A stretch of DNA of 64,000 bases, from positions 64,001 through 128,000 of IMG/VR virus record IMGVR_UViG_3300045988_173726. One strand, given 5' to 3'. Positions within the stretch are counted from its first letter, which is position 1, and each line of letters begins with the position of its first letter. The translations under genes and the position numbers were made by a program. Below, piece by piece: positions 61,849-64,000 of this stretch. Source of the stretch: a virus. Below the pieces are notes generated by a model. That model had not been told where the DNA came from, did no database searches, and was given only the letters and a program-made list of their open reading frames with translations.

Positions 61849-62886
61849 ATGCAGGATAGGTTAGAGGAAAAGGCGGTAGAGAATCCGTATTACGCAAAGG
61901 ATACGCTTAGACGGATGAACCGCAAGTTAAAAGTCAACTTAATCATAGACTTTGACGGTCTATTGGAATATTTTGACAGGTTACGGCACGGTAGCCTAGA
62001 GAGTAAGATACAGACAGTCGGGAATCGGCACATCAATAACACGCTAAAGTTCTATGTAAGTAAAGAGATAGAGCAGACGATGACACGCATACGGCAGTCG
62101 TGCTGGAAGCGGTTTAAGCGTAAAGTAAACATAACGGTTTCGGTTTGCTTTGATGATAACGATAAGGGTTCGATACTATCAACAAACTTCCGTGAAGTGC
62201 GGAAAGCGCGTATGGATGATAAACTTAGAGAGCGCAGGGAAGAGTTTGTAGAGTATTTTAAGAGCCTAGGCTACGGGGTTTATCAGAAGAGCGGGTATAA
62301 CGCGGACGACTTAATCTATTCGATTGTCAAAGACATGGGGTTAATCTTTGACGAGAGCGTGATTCTTACAGATGACGCGAATCTATGGCGGCTTTGCAGT
62401 CGGAATGTACGGTTCATGTTTCGGTTTCCAGACCTTACGAAGCGAGTATTTGACAATAACCTGTATAGGGCTTGCCTCCGTAGGTATGGCTATCCGATAC
62501 CGTACAACGCTCTAATGCTCTATTTCTGTTTATGCGGTGATAAGGCAAGAAAGCTCACTGGAGCAGGGTTTTCAAACGAAGAGTTCTATGTGTTTTTAGA
62601 GGAAGCGATACGGGACGGAGCTAAAGTCGAGAGTTTAAGCGTGGAGAGTGCGGTTGAAGCGGTGTTACGGGATAAGCTAAGTGGGGAAAAGCTTGAGAGT
62701 GCATTAACGGTGCTAGATTCCGAGCGGTATTTCTACACGAAGCTACAGATTTTCAGAGTAGCCTCGCCTTGGGAGAGGCGCAAGGAAGTTTATCTTGAGC
62801 ATGGGTTTGATGATTGCGCTTGCTTTAGAGACTTGTACGCTACAACGCAGTATCTAAAAAGAAAAGAGGAGGAGACTGGGGGATGA
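61849..62886 (+). CDS. FEN/5'-3' exonuclease-like (PIN-like domain) protein
   Basis: The order NLIIDFDGLLEYF, VSVCFDD..., FREVRKARM, GYNADDLIYSIV, VILTDDANLWRL mirrors the Pol I 5'-nuclease/T5 exonuclease blocks (L.DG..L.FR, FD....R...YKA.R, EADD, S.DKD..QL). Several acidic positions are changed. Confidence 0.5.
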   Translation: MQDRLEEKAVENPYYAKDTLRRMNRKLKVNLIIDFDGLLEYFDRLRHGSLESKIQTVGNRHINNTLKFYVSKEIEQTMTRIRQSCWKRFKRKVNITVSVCFDDNDKGSILSTNFREVRKARMDDKLRERREEFVEYFKSLGYGVYQKSGYNADDLIYSIVKDMGLIFDESVILTDDANLWRLCSRNVRFMFRFPDLTKRVFDNNLYRACLRRYGYPIPYNALMLYFCLCGDKARKLTGAGFSNEEFYVFLEEAIRDGAKVESLSVESAVEAVLRDKLSGEKLESALTVLDSERYFYTKLQIFRVASPWERRKEVYLEHGFDDCACFRDLYATTQYLKRKEEETGG

Positions 62887-63980
62887 TTTCAGTAGATGAC
62901 GCAGGTCTTTCGTATGATGAGTGTCTAGCGCTCGGGTTTCCGAGGGAAGTAGTGAATGGAGCGATATGGACTCTAAATATGGCAATAGGCAAGGGTTTAG
63001 GGGCGCTTACGGTAACGAAGGTAAGTGAGATATTGCTTGAGTCGGGGAATCAGAACGCTACAAACGAGAGGTTTGTGCAGATGGTGAACTATTTAGTTCG
63101 GATTAAGCTGTCTGCGAAGGATATAGAGTTTGCGGATGCGTTTAGGTCGGTATCTGGGAGAAGGAATCAGCTTAGTAGTGGGACAGCGGTTAGGGTATTA
63201 GCGTCCCACTATCGTTATATGTATAAGCATTTCGGTTTGTGCGGGGACAAGGCAGGGGATTTGTCAGAGCGAATATCGAATAGTCAGCTTCCAAAGAGTA
63301 GTGTTACGGTTTTAGCCGTGAAAGCGATAGTAGACAAGATACCCGCAGACTCAAAGTTTTGTATTTACAACTCAAGTCGGTATTTAGGTGCAGAGCGGTA
63401 TTATGATGTGCTTAGAGTCGGTAGAGCGGACAGTGACTTAGCTAGTACAAGGAAGCCCGTCTTAACGAAGGAAGAGGTGCAGGGTAGAGGGAATGTAATC
63501 TACAGTGCAGAGGGTATCGGGAAGTTAATGACTGGGAAGATGACACGGCAGGAGAGTGATGGCACGCTAAGAGACGCGGAGATACAGTTTATCCGAATCG
63601 CTAATAAGTTTGTTAGGCTATTATCTAGGTATGCTATCGTAGCGTCTACGAGAAAGCCTGCGAAGCAGTGTGGCATGAACGCAGTGATGGGAGCTGGAGG
63701 CAGTGTTATTTATGTTTACGCGGTGAGTAAGAACAATTTCGAGAGTAATCGTGTAAATTTGCGTGACGGTTCTCTAAGAGTTTATGCGTATGGGTTTACG
63801 CCGAAGCGGTTAGCGGCAGATTTAGCGAGTGTAACGAACTATATCTATCGGGAGTGCAGTGGTGTGAGGGTGGTTAGCTTCACGCCGGACTATAATTTCA
63901 ATGTAGAGTTTTTACCGGTAATCACGCAAGCGCAGAGTGTAGAGAGCGAGTTGCTGGTGCAATTTGACAGCAAGTATTAA
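62883..63980 (+). CDS. hypothetical protein
   Basis: The start overlaps the upstream stop (ATGA). No motif recognised. Confidence 0.5.
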   Translation: MISVDDAGLSYDECLALGFPREVVNGAIWTLNMAIGKGLGALTVTKVSEILLESGNQNATNERFVQMVNYLVRIKLSAKDIEFADAFRSVSGRRNQLSSGTAVRVLASHYRYMYKHFGLCGDKAGDLSERISNSQLPKSSVTVLAVKAIVDKIPADSKFCIYNSSRYLGAERYYDVLRVGRADSDLASTRKPVLTKEEVQGRGNVIYSAEGIGKLMTGKMTRQESDGTLRDAEIQFIRIANKFVRLLSRYAIVASTRKPAKQCGMNAVMGAGGSVIYVYAVSKNNFESNRVNLRDGSLRVYAYGFTPKRLAADLASVTNYIYRECSGVRVVSFTPDYNFNVEFLPVITQAQSVESELLVQFDSKY

Positions 63981-64000
63981 CATAAATCTTTAGCAGAACC

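Overview
This 64 kb window is coded almost entirely on one strand. Every credible gene (about 75) is on the + strand. Genes are tightly packed, have strong GGAGG-type ribosome-binding sites, and often share ATGA/TGATG stop-start overlaps. I take the minus-strand ORFs in the track to be shadow ORFs. I saw no rRNA, tRNA, CRISPR array, integrase or recognisable virion gene. The content looks like a large Firmicutes-style mobile element (plasmid, ICE or phage-plasmid) rather than core chromosome, but that is inference.

Modules in order:
1. 0.8-7.8 kb: a DNA-end-processing set. It holds an Mre11/SbcD-like phosphoesterase and a Rad50/SbcC-type ABC ATPase that appears split into two ORFs about 5 kb apart.
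2. 9.0-13.1 kb: a 1347-aa protein with an FtsK/HerA/TraG-like P-loop.
3. 13.8-16.2 kb: an MscS-type channel gene followed by a 1.6 kb gene-free region packed with at least 25 copies of an AAGTTT-core motif.
4. 16.3-31.1 kb: lipoproteins, a J-domain protein, an LCP-family protein, a UvrD-type helicase and a 1216-aa multi-domain cell-wall hydrolase.
5. 31.2-44.4 kb: an accessory island. It contains two diverged copies (plus one ORF-less mini copy) of a TnpB-like element. The element's protein lacks the zinc ribbon and the RuvC-III aspartate, and a conserved, apparently structured block of about 210 nt follows each stop codon. The island also holds an array of about 11 tandem paralogous small genes (family A), an array of 6 tandem degenerate DUF262/ParB-like small genes (family B), and a DHH/RecJ-like protein.
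6. 44.4-52.0 kb: a Tad/Flp-type pilus locus.
7. 52.9-56.3 kb: a ParM-like actin gene followed by a 733-aa coiled-coil protein with a degenerate MinD/ParA-like C-terminus.
8. 56.3-57.8 kb: a decayed IS607-type insertion with a canonical TnpB.
9. 57.9-64.0 kb: unknown genes, including a FEN/5'-3'-exonuclease-like protein.

The best candidates for something undescribed are the apparently nuclease-dead TnpB-like genes with their omega-RNA-like modules embedded in the paralog array, the two tandem paralog arrays themselves, and the iteron-like repeat field. All family assignments come from motifs read by eye. No database search, HMM or fold prediction was possible.
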